Assembly (NCBI RefSeq): GCF_001457615.1
Contig: NZ_LN831024.1
Span: 4,260,001 to 4,292,000 of the forward strand
DNA length: 32,000 nt
Source: Pseudomonas aeruginosa
GTDB lineage: Bacteria > Pseudomonadota > Gammaproteobacteria > Pseudomonadales > Pseudomonadaceae
Direction of reading: 5' to 3'
The notes under the pieces were generated by a model that saw only the letters and a program-made list of their open reading frames with translations, was not told the origin of the DNA and did not search any database. Made by a program: the position numbers and the translations under genes. Below are positions 8,637 through 17,398 of this stretch, one piece after another; the first letter of the stretch is position 1; each line of letters opens with the position of its first letter.

Positions 8637-11528
8637 ATGCATACCGACACCACACGCGAGAACCCGCAGGCCAGCGCGCCGCAGGCCGCCGATTCGTCGC
8701 AGGATCTGGCCGCCACCGCGCCGGGCCAGCTGCGCGTGATCAAGCGCAACGGCACCGTAGTCCCCTACACCGATGACAAGATCACCGTGGCCATCACCAA
8801 GGCGTTCCTCGCCGTGGAAGGCGGCACCGCCGCCGCCTCGTCGCGTATCCATGACACCGTGCGCCGCCTGACCGAGCAGGTCACCGCCACCTTCAAGCGC
8901 CGCATGCCGTCCGGCGGCACCATCCACATCGAAGAGATCCAGGACCAGGTCGAACTGGCCCTGATGCGCGCCGGCGAGCAGAAGGTCGCCCGCGACTACG
9001 TGATCTACCGCGAAGCCCGCGCCGCCGAGCGCAAGAACGCCGGCGCCGCCAGCGATGTCGCCCAGCCGCACCCGAGCATCCGCATCACCCGCGCCGACGG
9101 CAGCCTGTCGCCGCTGGACATGGGCCGCCTGAACACCATCATCAGCGAAGCCTGCGAAGGCCTGGCCGAGGTGGACGGCGCGCTGATCGAGCGCGAGACC
9201 CTGAAGAACCTCTACGATGGCGTCGCCGAGAAGGACGTCAACACCGCCCTGGTGATGACCGCGCGCACCCTGGTCGAGCGCGAGCCGAACTACTCCTACG
9301 TCACCGCCCGCCTGCTGATGGACACCCTGCGCGCCGAAGCCCTGGGCTTCCTCGGCGTGGCCGAGAGCGCCACCCATCACGAGATGGCCGAGCTGTACGC
9401 CAAGGCCCTGCCGGCCTACATCGAGAAAGGCGCCGAGTTCGAGCTGGTCGATGCCAAGCTGAAGGAATTCGACCTGGAGAAACTGGGCAAGGCCATCGAT
9501 CACGAGCGCGACCAGCAGTTCACCTACCTCGGCCTGCAGACCCTGTACGACCGCTACTTCATCCACAAGGACGGCATCCGCTTCGAACTGCCGCAGATCT
9601 TCTTCATGCGCGTGGCCATGGGCCTGGCCATCGAGGAGAAGGACCGCGAGGCACGTGCCATCGAGTTCTACAACCTGCTGTCGTCCTTCGACTACATGAG
9701 TTCCACCCCCACCCTGTTCAACGCCGGCACCCTGCGTCCGCAGCTCTCCAGCTGCTACCTGACCACCGTGCCGGACGACCTGTCGGGCATCTACGGCGCC
9801 ATCCACGACAACGCCATGCTGTCGAAATTCGCCGGCGGCCTGGGCAACGACTGGACCCCGGTGCGCGCGCTGGGCTCCTACATCAAGGGCACCAACGGCA
9901 AGTCCCAGGGCGTCGTGCCCTTCCTGAAAGTGGTCAATGACACCGCGGTCGCGGTCAACCAGGGCGGCAAGCGCAAGGGCGCGGTCTGCGCCTACCTGGA
10001 GACCTGGCACCTGGACATCGAGGAATTCCTCGAGCTGCGCAAGAACACCGGTGACGACCGTCGTCGTACCCACGACATGAACACCGCCAACTGGATCCCC
10101 GACCTGTTCATGAAGCGCGTCTTCGACGACGGCTCCTGGACCCTCTTCTCGCCGTCCGACGTCCCCGACCTGCACGACCTCTACGGCAAGGCCTTCGAGG
10201 AGCGCTACGAGTACTACGAGGCCCTGGCCAGCTACGGCAAGCTGAAGCTGCACAAGGTCGTCCAGGCCAAGGACCTGTGGCGCAAGATGCTCTCCATGCT
10301 GTTCGAAACCGGCCACCCGTGGCTGACCTTCAAGGACCCGTGCAACCTGCGCAGCCCGCAGCAGCACGTGGGCGTGGTGCACAGCTCGAACCTCTGCACC
10401 GAGATCACCCTGAACACCAACAAGGACGAGATCGCCGTCTGCAACCTGGGCTCGATCAACCTGGTCAACCACATCGTCGACGGCAAGCTGGACACCGCCA
10501 AGCTGGAGAAGACCGTCAAGACCGCGGTACGCATGCTCGATAACGTCATCGACATCAACTACTACTCGGTCCCGCAGGCGCAGAACTCCAACTTCAAGCA
10601 CCGTCCGGTCGGCCTGGGCATCATGGGCTTCCAGGACGCCCTGTACCTGCAGCACATCCCCTACGGTTCGGACGCGGCCATCGCCTTCGCCGACCAGTCC
10701 ATGGAAGCCATCAGCTACTACGCGATCCAGGCTTCCTGCGACCTGGCCGACGAGCGCGGCGCCTACCAGACCTTCCAGGGCTCGCTGTGGTCGCAAGGCA
10801 TCCTGCCGATCGACTCGGAGAAGAAGCTGATCGAAGAGCGCGGCGCCAAGTACATCGAAGTCGACCTGTCGGAAACCCTCGACTGGGCGCCGCTGCGCGA
10901 GCGCGTACAGAAAGGCATCCGCAACTCGAACATCATGGCCATCGCGCCGACCGCGACCATCGCCAACATCACCGGCGTCTCGCAGTCGATCGAGCCGACC
11001 TACCAGAACCTGTACGTGAAGTCGAACCTCTCCGGCGAATTCACCGTGATCAACCCCTACCTGGTGCGCGACCTCAAGGCCCGCGGCCTGTGGGACCCGG
11101 TCATGGTCAACGACCTGAAGTACTACGACGGTTCCGTGCAGCAGATCGAGCGCATCCCGCAGGACCTCAAGGACCTCTACGCCACCGCGTTCGAAGTCGA
11201 GACCCGCTGGATCGTCGAAGCCGCCAGCCGTCGCCAGAAGTGGATCGACCAGGCCCAGTCGCTGAACCTGTACATCGCCGGCGCCTCGGGCAAGAAGCTC
11301 GACGTGACCTACCGCATGGCCTGGTTCCGCGGCCTGAAGACCACCTACTACCTCCGTGCCCTGGCTGCCACCAGCACCGAGAAGTCCACCATCAACACCG
11401 GCAAGCTCAACGCCGTGTCGGCCGGTGGCAACGACGGCCTGCAAGCCGCCCCGGCCGCCGAGCCGAAGCCGGCGCCGGTGCCGCAGGCATGCAGCATCGA
11501 CAACCCCGACTGCGAAGCCTGCCAGTGA
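8637..11528 (+). CDS. nrdA: Class Ia ribonucleotide reductase, alpha subunit
   Basis: The ATG at 8637 (GGAGAT RBS) gives 963 aa. N-terminal ATP-cone (VIKRNGTVVPY...). Catalytic loop SSNLCTEI. C-terminal Cys pair (DCEACQ). The track start at 8580 adds 19 unlikely residues. Confidence 0.95.
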   Translation: MHTDTTRENPQASAPQAADSSQDLAATAPGQLRVIKRNGTVVPYTDDKITVAITKAFLAVEGGTAAASSRIHDTVRRLTEQVTATFKRRMPSGGTIHIEEIQDQVELALMRAGEQKVARDYVIYREARAAERKNAGAASDVAQPHPSIRITRADGSLSPLDMGRLNTIISEACEGLAEVDGALIERETLKNLYDGVAEKDVNTALVMTARTLVEREPNYSYVTARLLMDTLRAEALGFLGVAESATHHEMAELYAKALPAYIEKGAEFELVDAKLKEFDLEKLGKAIDHERDQQFTYLGLQTLYDRYFIHKDGIRFELPQIFFMRVAMGLAIEEKDREARAIEFYNLLSSFDYMSSTPTLFNAGTLRPQLSSCYLTTVPDDLSGIYGAIHDNAMLSKFAGGLGNDWTPVRALGSYIKGTNGKSQGVVPFLKVVNDTAVAVNQGGKRKGAVCAYLETWHLDIEEFLELRKNTGDDRRRTHDMNTANWIPDLFMKRVFDDGSWTLFSPSDVPDLHDLYGKAFEERYEYYEALASYGKLKLHKVVQAKDLWRKMLSMLFETGHPWLTFKDPCNLRSPQQHVGVVHSSNLCTEITLNTNKDEIAVCNLGSINLVNHIVDGKLDTAKLEKTVKTAVRMLDNVIDINYYSVPQAQNSNFKHRPVGLGIMGFQDALYLQHIPYGSDAAIAFADQSMEAISYYAIQASCDLADERGAYQTFQGSLWSQGILPIDSEKKLIEERGAKYIEVDLSETLDWAPLRERVQKGIRNSNIMAIAPTATIANITGVSQSIEPTYQNLYVKSNLSGEFTVINPYLVRDLKARGLWDPVMVNDLKYYDGSVQQIERIPQDLKDLYATAFEVETRWIVEAASRRQKWIDQAQSLNLYIAGASGKKLDVTYRMAWFRGLKTTYYLRALAATSTEKSTINTGKLNAVSAGGNDGLQAAPAAEPKPAPVPQACSIDNPDCEACQ

Positions 11529-11791
11529 TCGCGCGTCGCTGAACGGCGTCCGTGTCGCGGCCGGGCAAGCCGGACTCCTCGCGTGGGTTCGGCCTGCCCG
11601 GCGCCTGACGGTCGCTCGTCCAGCGCCACGCTGGCAGCGCAAGGCCCCTCGCCAGGGCCAGGAACAATCCCCTTCTTCCCTCCGGGGGAGAAGAACGGCC
11701 CGGCCAGACCGTGCCGGACCACCGCTTTCGCGTGCACCTCACGCCCCATATCCAGGCCGCCGAGACGGCCGCCAGACCAGGAGAGAGCAAG

Positions 11792-13039
11792 ATGCTGAGC
11801 TGGGACGAATTCGACAAAGAAGACCCGACCGAAGCCAAGGCCGCGCCCGCCGCCGCCCAGGCCGTTGCCCAGGGCCATGACAAGCTGGACGACGAAGCCG
11901 CCGGCTCGGTGGAAGAAGCGCGCGCCGTTTCCGCCGACGACTCCGACGCCGTCGCCCGCGCCAAGAAAGCCCTGAACGACCTCGACATCCAGGAAGGCCT
12001 GGACGACCTCGAAGGCTCCGCCGCGCGCGTGCAGGTCGGCGACAAGCAGATGATCAACGCCCGCGCCGACCTCAACCAGCTCGTCCCCTTCAAGTACGAC
12101 TGGGCCTGGCAGAAGTATCTGGATGGTTGCGCCAACCACTGGATGCCGCAGGAAGTCAACATGAACGCCGACATCGCCCTGTGGAAGAGCAAGGACGGCC
12201 TCAGCGAGGACGAGCGGCGCATCGTCATGCGCAACCTCGGCTTCTTCTCCACCGCCGACTCGCTGGTCGCCAACAACCTGGTGCTGGCCGTGTACCGCCT
12301 GATCACCAACCCCGAGTGCCGCCAGTACATCCTGCGCCAGGCCTTCGAAGAGGCGATCCACACCCACGCCTACCAGTACTGCATCGAGTCGCTGGGCATG
12401 GACGAGGGCGAGATCTTCAACATGTACCATGAGATCCCCAGCGTGGCGAAGAAGGCCTCGTGGGGCCTGAAGTACACCCGCTCGATCTCCGACCCGATGT
12501 TCCAGACCGGCACCCCGGAAACCGACCGCCAGTTCCTGCGCAACCTGATCGCCTACTACTGCGTGCTGGAAGGCATCTTCTTCTACTGCGGCTTCACCCA
12601 GATCCTCTCCATGGGCCGCCGCAACAAGATGACCGGCACCGCCGAGCAGTTCCAGTACATCCTCCGCGACGAGTCGATGCACCTGAACTTCGGCATCGAC
12701 GTGATCAACCAGATCAAGATCGAAAACCCGCACCTGTGGGACGCCCAGATGAAGGACGAGGCGACCCAGATGATCCTCCAGGGCACCCAGCTGGAGATCG
12801 AATACGCGCGCGACACCATGCCGCGCGGGGTGCTGGGCATGAACGCGGCGATGATGGAGGACTACCTGAAGTTCATCGCCAACCGGCGCCTGACCCAGAT
12901 CGGCCTGAAGGAAGAGTATCCGGGGACCACCAACCCGTTCCCGTGGATGTCGGAGATCATGGACCTGAAGAAGGAGAAGAACTTCTTCGAGACGCGGGTT
13001 ATCGAGTACCAGACGGGCGGAGCGCTGAGCTGGGATTGA
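11792..13039 (+). CDS. nrdB: Class Ia ribonucleotide reductase, beta subunit
   Basis: The ATG at 11792 with an AGGAGAG RBS gives 415 aa. Diiron/ferritin-like motifs [12 protein letters not shown] and RDESMHLNF. Acidic N-terminal extension. Confidence 0.95.
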   Translation: MLSWDEFDKEDPTEAKAAPAAAQAVAQGHDKLDDEAAGSVEEARAVSADDSDAVARAKKALNDLDIQEGLDDLEGSAARVQVGDKQMINARADLNQLVPFKYDWAWQKYLDGCANHWMPQEVNMNADIALWKSKDGLSEDERRIVMRNLGFFSTADSLVANNLVLAVYRLITNPECRQYILRQAFEEAIHTHAYQYCIESLGMDEGEIFNMYHEIPSVAKKASWGLKYTRSISDPMFQTGTPETDRQFLRNLIAYYCVLEGIFFYCGFTQILSMGRRNKMTGTAEQFQYILRDESMHLNFGIDVINQIKIENPHLWDAQMKDEATQMILQGTQLEIEYARDTMPRGVLGMNAAMMEDYLKFIANRRLTQIGLKEEYPGTTNPFPWMSEIMDLKKEKNFFETRVIEYQTGGALSWD

Positions 13040-13112
13040 GATTCTCGATTTAGGTCAAGACCGTTAGACGCTGTCGCCGGAAAGGGATTTCGGGACAGTG
13101 GTAGAGATGAAG

Positions 13113-13140
13113 AGCCCCGCCTTGTGCGGGGCTTTCCTTT
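13113..13140 (+). terminator. nrdB rho-independent terminator
   Basis: AGCCCCGC-CTTGT-GCGGGGCT followed by TTCCTTT. This is the last GC-rich sequence before the AT-rich insertion. Confidence 0.8.
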
Positions 13141-13226
13141 GTCAAGAAAAAATGTTCCGATAAGCTATGCTAGGTTGACGATATAACGAAACCACTGATC
13201 TAGAGCCAGTCAGTAAGGGATTAAAT

Positions 13227-14945
13227 ATGGCAAACAAGACTGACAATCTTCCAGACTTCCTTCAGGACTACGCATCTCTTTTTAGTCATTTCCAAGGCCA
13301 GATGGATGGTTTAACAACCGTTCAAATTGGAGATAAATTTGCCTCTTTAGCAGAACATTTGATTCCTCATACCGAGGCAGGCTCAGACTTTGAAAGAGCA
13401 ACAAAGTCAAAAAAGAGCTGGGACAAAGGTGTAGACCTAATATTTCAACACAAAGAAATTAACGGCGTAGAGCTAAGAGTACAGTCAAAATACACCATTT
13501 CGTCAGTAGATGATGTAGACTTAATTATAAGCAAATTCCAAGAGTACGACTCAAAAGATGCAACCAACAAACAACACGAACTAGACCTACTAGGATCATT
13601 AGAAGAAGATAGTCGACAGACAAGCAAATACCTGATAATAACCTCCTCGAAAATATCAAACATAATAGCAAAGTTCTTAGAGAGCCAACGTCCATCAAGA
13701 TTTTTCCTTGAGAGAATAAAAAAAGAAAAACGCTTTCATTATATCGATGGAATAGAAATACTAACCACTATACAGAGCATATATAGAAGTACATACATTC
13801 GCCCCCAAGAAACAAAACTAATATTCCAAACGCCTCACATCAGGGTTAACAATGTATACATTGGAGTACTACCTTGCAACGAACTTCGACGCGTATACGA
13901 AGAAGCTGGTGACTCTATATTCTTTGAAAACATTCGTGAATGGTTAGGATTCCAAGGAAAAAAAGTAAAATCCGGCGGGGTTCGTGAAACAGTCAATGAA
14001 GCAATAGCATCAACACTCGAAGACTCGCCAGAGAAAATGCTCGAAAGAAATAACGGCATAGTAATCAGAGCATCACAAGTGGAGGAAACCTCAAACTCAT
14101 CCTTGAAACTAAGAGATGCTAGTATTGTAAACGGCTGCCAGACTACTATGAGTGTATTTTTCGTCAATCCTGCCGATGGACATGTGCTAGCAAAAATTGT
14201 AGAGACAGAAGATTCATGGGAGATAGCTAAGGCGGCCAATTTCCAGACAGAAATAGAACGAATAGAACTTGAACTAGCCAGATATCTAAGACCACAACTT
14301 GCCAGATCTGTTGGAGCAGAGAATAATTTTAAATTCGACCAAAAAGAAGTAACAAAAGGCAAATCAGCCTTTGCTCTACTCGACCAAATATATAAAGATG
14401 AAATTTGCTATGATGAACTAAAATCGATATTTATCGGACTATTTTCACGCTCTGCAAACAATGCGATATCGCCAAACTATACCGAGCTTAGAATTGATGT
14501 ACTTCAAAACTTCGAAAGAGACTCTGAAAAATCTAAATTCCTAGAGGCTCTTTTCGTGCTCCACAGCAAATCATCTACGGCGATGGAGTCTTTGAAAGAT
14601 GGTTTGTTAAAACCTGAAATTATGGATCTATTTAAAAGATTTTGGAAAGAAGACAAACCATCATATAGGGCATTTGTCACACTCTTAGCCATATTCAGCG
14701 CCCTTGACAAAAAAAATCGCAGGTTTGAAGACTACAACGACATAAAGAGCGGAATAATAAAACTAGCAGGACAAATAGAAATCGACCCCGGCGAATACAT
14801 AGAAACATATATAAAAGCCTTTAAAACTATAGCGCTAGACGTCCTCAAAGGCAGCGAGGACAAGGATAAAATGCTGCAAAGCATGTATCATCACATTGGC
14901 TCAATGAATTTTGAAAATGCTTTACTATCCATGTCACTATTGTAA
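13227..14945 (+). CDS. AIPR-family (abortive infection phage resistance-like) protein with an N-terminal PD-(D/E)xK / Mrr-like nuclease motif, 572 aa
   Basis: Single long ORF in an AT-rich block, with an AAGGGA RBS. Residues 234-306 read ENIREWLG..VNEAIASTL..NNGIVI..IVNGCQT, which I recognise as the AIPR (PF10592) core. Residues 66-88 read DKGVDLIF...ELRVQSKY, which fits D-x(n)-QxK nuclease geometry. I recognise no motif in the C-terminal ~250 aa. Confidence 0.75.
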   Translation: MANKTDNLPDFLQDYASLFSHFQGQMDGLTTVQIGDKFASLAEHLIPHTEAGSDFERATKSKKSWDKGVDLIFQHKEINGVELRVQSKYTISSVDDVDLIISKFQEYDSKDATNKQHELDLLGSLEEDSRQTSKYLIITSSKISNIIAKFLESQRPSRFFLERIKKEKRFHYIDGIEILTTIQSIYRSTYIRPQETKLIFQTPHIRVNNVYIGVLPCNELRRVYEEAGDSIFFENIREWLGFQGKKVKSGGVRETVNEAIASTLEDSPEKMLERNNGIVIRASQVEETSNSSLKLRDASIVNGCQTTMSVFFVNPADGHVLAKIVETEDSWEIAKAANFQTEIERIELELARYLRPQLARSVGAENNFKFDQKEVTKGKSAFALLDQIYKDEICYDELKSIFIGLFSRSANNAISPNYTELRIDVLQNFERDSEKSKFLEALFVLHSKSSTAMESLKDGLLKPEIMDLFKRFWKEDKPSYRAFVTLLAIFSALDKKNRRFEDYNDIKSGIIKLAGQIEIDPGEYIETYIKAFKTIALDVLKGSEDKDKMLQSMYHHIGSMNFENALLSMSLL

Positions 14946-15014
14946 ATAACTCCCTAAGGAGCTATTCCTCAAATTTTTATTTTCTGACACTCCCTTTTCG
15001 CCTCCCGGCGAGTC

Positions 15015-15089
15015 ACTTTTGCCAGTCGCGGCAAAAGTAACCAAAAACGCTTGCCCCTGCATCCGGCCCCAGTCGCTTCGCGACTGGGG
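15015..15089. repeat. Pair of perfect 9-bp-stem hairpins within a GC-rich non-coding block
   Basis: ACTTTTGCC-AGTCGC-GGCAAAAGT (15015-15038) and CCCCAGTCG-CTTCG-CGACTGGGG (15067-15089). Both contain AGTCGC. Weaker hairpins lie at 15128-15144 and 15155-15169. The block resembles interspersed Pseudomonas repeat DNA that is often mis-annotated as small ORFs; this is recollection, not checked. Confidence 0.5.
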
Positions 15090-15711
15090 TTCCCTCCCTC
15101 CATCGCCGTTCCGGGGGCACGCCGCCACGGTCCTTCGTGGACCGAGGCGGCTTTCGCGGCATCCTGCCGCTCAACCCCCTACACGACGATTCCGCTCGGC
15201 CTCCTGATGGGGCGGACCGGAGCGTCGGATATTTCTCTGGAAGAGGTAGGGCAAATCACGCACAGCGTGATTCGCAAGATGGGGCAGAGTTGCCAAGCGC
15301 CGGGCGGCGCAGGTTTGGTAAAAAGCCTTGTTTCATGTGGTTTCTTTGATAGAGAGAGTCTTTCAGCTTCGCTCATTCCGCTCGGTTGTTTCGTTCCTCT
15401 CGTCTCAATACTCTGCCACCGGCGCCTAAGAAACGCTAAACCACGCAGCGGCCAGACCGCTCCCGACAGCCAAGCGGCTTTTTTGAGTCTGCGGTATTCT
15501 CTCGCCCTCAAAATCTCTGCAACGCCGGGAGTGGACGAATACAAGACCCGAAAGGGAAATATGTCCGGCCCTCTGCGTGGGGTTTTCTTAACTCCCGGCA
15601 CCCCAGCCCAAGAAAGCTGGTCACATCACGCAGAGGTAACGGAAATGCCTATCACCAATCCCATATCTCCATCCACACCGCTTCATCCCACTACCTCCCC
15701 GGAGGTGCGCC

Positions 15712-16265
15712 ATGTCTGACGCCCCCCTCCACTACAGCCGTTTCACCCACCACCATCGGGTCCTGCGCGCCGTGCTGCTGGATGAGGAAGGCTGGTTCGT
15801 GCTCTCCGACCTGGCACGGCTGCTGGGCCGTTACCTGGGCGGTCGGGCGCCGGCGGCGTTGTGTGACGAGGCGCCGTGGCCGCTGGCGACGGCGGAACAG
15901 CGCGAGCGCTTGTTCGCCCTCTGCCATGCGCTGGAGCGGCATCTGGACACCGATCAGTGGCGGCTCGCCTGGCTCCATGACGAACGCCACGGGCCACGCC
16001 AGGACTGCCTGGTCAGCGAGTCCGGGCTCTACGCTCTGCTCTGGCTCGCAGCGCCTGGCGCGGCACGGGGTTTGCGCGTTGGGTCAGCGGCTCGGTGCTG
16101 CCACGCCTGCGCAGCCAGTCCCGCCCCAACGCCACGCCCCAGCGCGCCGTGCTGCACTGGAAAACCGCCGAGATCGACACCCTGCACTGGCAAGGCAAGA
16201 CCTGGATCCCCCTCTCCGACTGCCCCCAACTCCTCGACAGTCCACGCCCGCTGATCCGGGCCTGA
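15712..16265 (+). pseudogene. Bro-N domain (prophage antirepressor-like) gene with a 1-nt frameshift
   Basis: Frame 1 reads MSDAPLHYSRFTHHHRVLRAVLLDEEGWFVLSDLARLLG...LVSESGLYALLW. The Bro-N consensus continues in frame 3 (FARWVSGSVLPRLRS...LIRA*, stop at 16263-16265). The frame switch falls in the GGGGTTT tract at 16067-16073, and the LY-to-F spacing (13 residues) fits Bro-N. Confidence 0.65.
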
Positions 16266-16470
16266 CCCCGTCATACGCCCTGAAAGGAGTCAGGGCTTGA
16301 AGCAACAGAGTGATCTTTTCCCTCATGACCACTAAAAATCTAGGTTTTTCCAGTAACGCTCTCTTTCTTTACAACTATCAGGCCAAGGAAGAGCACTCTA
16401 TTGCCAAATAGAATATTTTTAAATTTAAAAAGAACCCCCATGCAGCAGGACCTTCCTCTACAATCTATAG

Positions 16471-16704
16471 TTAGGCGTAAACCCCAATAAAATACTCCAA
16501 TCCAACCGGAAGCTTTTCGCCTATAACCTCCTCAATCCTTACAACATCATCATTCTTAATAGGATATTCACCCTCAATATTCTCACCCTTCTTCCAACGC
16601 ATCACCTCCATAACTTGCGAAATATATTCGAAAGGAACAGTTTTTTCATATTTCAAGGACTCATCATTTCCCTATGGTAGGTACCCAGAAATCAATACAG
16701 TCAT
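16471..16704 (-). pseudogene. Putative immunity gene of the E3-like rRNase cassette, with an in-frame TAG at codon 11; a 61-aa TTG-initiated ORF (16471..16656) remains open
   Basis: The ATG at 16704 overlaps the toxin-remnant TGA in an ATGA arrangement, the classical position of a bacteriocin immunity gene. The reading frame gives MTVLISGYLP*GNDES(L)KYEKTVPFEY... I see no similarity to ImmE3, so the assignment rests on position only. Confidence 0.4.
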
Positions 16705-16965
16705 GTTTCTACACTCCTTTTTGGATCAGCAGACTTCGTGCGAGCACCAGTATTAGAATCAAACCCTCCCAAGTGCCACCCTCTCTTGTCATACATCTCA
16801 AAACTGCCATGCTGAGAATCCCATTTATAGATATTCCCTTTTATCCTTCCAATGCTTCCGCAACCCACCACCACCTTGAATAGAAGTTTTTGGCTTAGCT
16901 CTCAAGGCGTCGGGGAAGGCAGGTAGTGTTGCCGGAGCAGGATAGTAATACACAAGGCTTTCAAT
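16701..16965 (-). pseudogene. Colicin E3 / pyocin S6-type 16S rRNase cytotoxic domain remnant (no N-terminal domains, one internal frameshift)
   Basis: The minus-strand translation reads IESLVYYYPAPATLPAFPDALRAKPKTSIQGGGGLRKHWKDKR, then a frameshift near 16836-16845, then NIYKWDSQHGSFEMYDKRGWHLGGFDSNTGARTKSADPKRSVET*. It aligns by eye with the recalled colicin E3 C-terminus DYHPAPKTENIKGLGDLKPGIPKTPKQNGGGKRKRWTGDKGRKIYEWDSQHGELEGYRASDGQHLGSFDPKTGNQLKGPDPKRNIKKYL. An in-frame TGA lies immediately upstream at 16966-16968. Confidence 0.8.
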
Positions 16966-17051
16966 TCAAAATCGCAGACTCACGCATTTTGCGACTGACG
17001 CACTAACTGACAATTCGGCGATTTACATCTGCTCTCGAAGCATGGATTGGC

Positions 17052-17088
17052 TAAGAAACAGGCGAAGCCCATAAACTGACTTCGCCTG
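17052..17088 (-). terminator. Rho-independent terminator downstream of the ImmD-like gene
   Basis: 9-bp stem CAGGCGAAG / CTTCGCCTG (17059-17088) followed on the minus strand by TTTCTT (17053-17058), about 30 nt after the 17120 stop. Confidence 0.7.
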
Positions 17089-17119
17089 ATCTATATCTTC
17101 GGATATAAAGGATCATCAG

Positions 17120-17392
17120 CTAGATATATTTATATTTCTTCAAAAGCCCTCTAACTTCCTGCTTTAGCTCCTCTTCATTTATCTCACCATCATTATCCTT
17201 CGGTCCATCCGTGAAGCAATCTGCCATTCCAAACATAAGCCTGAGGCAAGCGCCAAGATTATCATCATCCTTTTTCAGCAAGCCTGACGCACCTTCGCTA
17301 CGCCACATTTCAAAGAATTTTTTTGTGAAACTCTTTCCGCTTAACGATCCATCCAAAAAATTTCTTGCAAGATCAATAAGTGCCATGCTCAT
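17120..17392 (-). CDS. Colicin D immunity (ImmD)-like protein, orphan immunity gene, 90 aa
   Basis: MSMALIDLARNFLDGSLSGKSFTKKF...EINEEELKQEVRGLLKKYKYI parallels the recalled ImmD sequence ([24 protein letters not shown]...[21 protein letters not shown]) in length and at both termini. The ORF is intact, its ATG lies 6 nt after the upstream toxin-remnant stop, and it has its own terminator. Confidence 0.8.
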   Translation of the reverse strand: MSMALIDLARNFLDGSLSGKSFTKKFFEMWRSEGASGLLKKDDDNLGACLRLMFGMADCFTDGPKDNDGEINEEELKQEVRGLLKKYKYI

Positions 17393-17398
17393 TTAAAT

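Noticed and set aside
8517-11642. 1041-aa ORF antisense to nrdA
   Set aside because: This is a shadow ORF typical of high-GC DNA: Gly/Ala/Val/Asp/Arg-rich low-complexity translation and no RBS. The opposite strand encodes an unmistakable class Ia RNR alpha subunit.
13040-15100. Search for a tRNA gene, integrase, or flanking direct repeats (att sites) bounding the AIPR insertion
   Set aside because: No cloverleaf-like sequence, no recombinase ORF, and no direct repeat longer than ~5-6 bp between the left (13134-13226) and right (14946-15010) junctions by eye. The mode of acquisition is therefore left open.
15051-15719. 222-aa ORF spanning the hairpin block upstream of the Bro-N gene
   Set aside because: No RBS and a Pro/Ser/Arg/Gly-rich translation. 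It runs straight through perfect inverted repeats and a composition change, so it is better explained as non-coding repeat-like DNA.
16416-16431. 16-bp perfect palindrome TTTTTAAATTTAAAAA downstream of the immunity-like ORF
   Set aside because: An A/T-only sequence in an AT-rich block, too weak to be a terminator stem and likely to arise by chance in low-complexity DNA.
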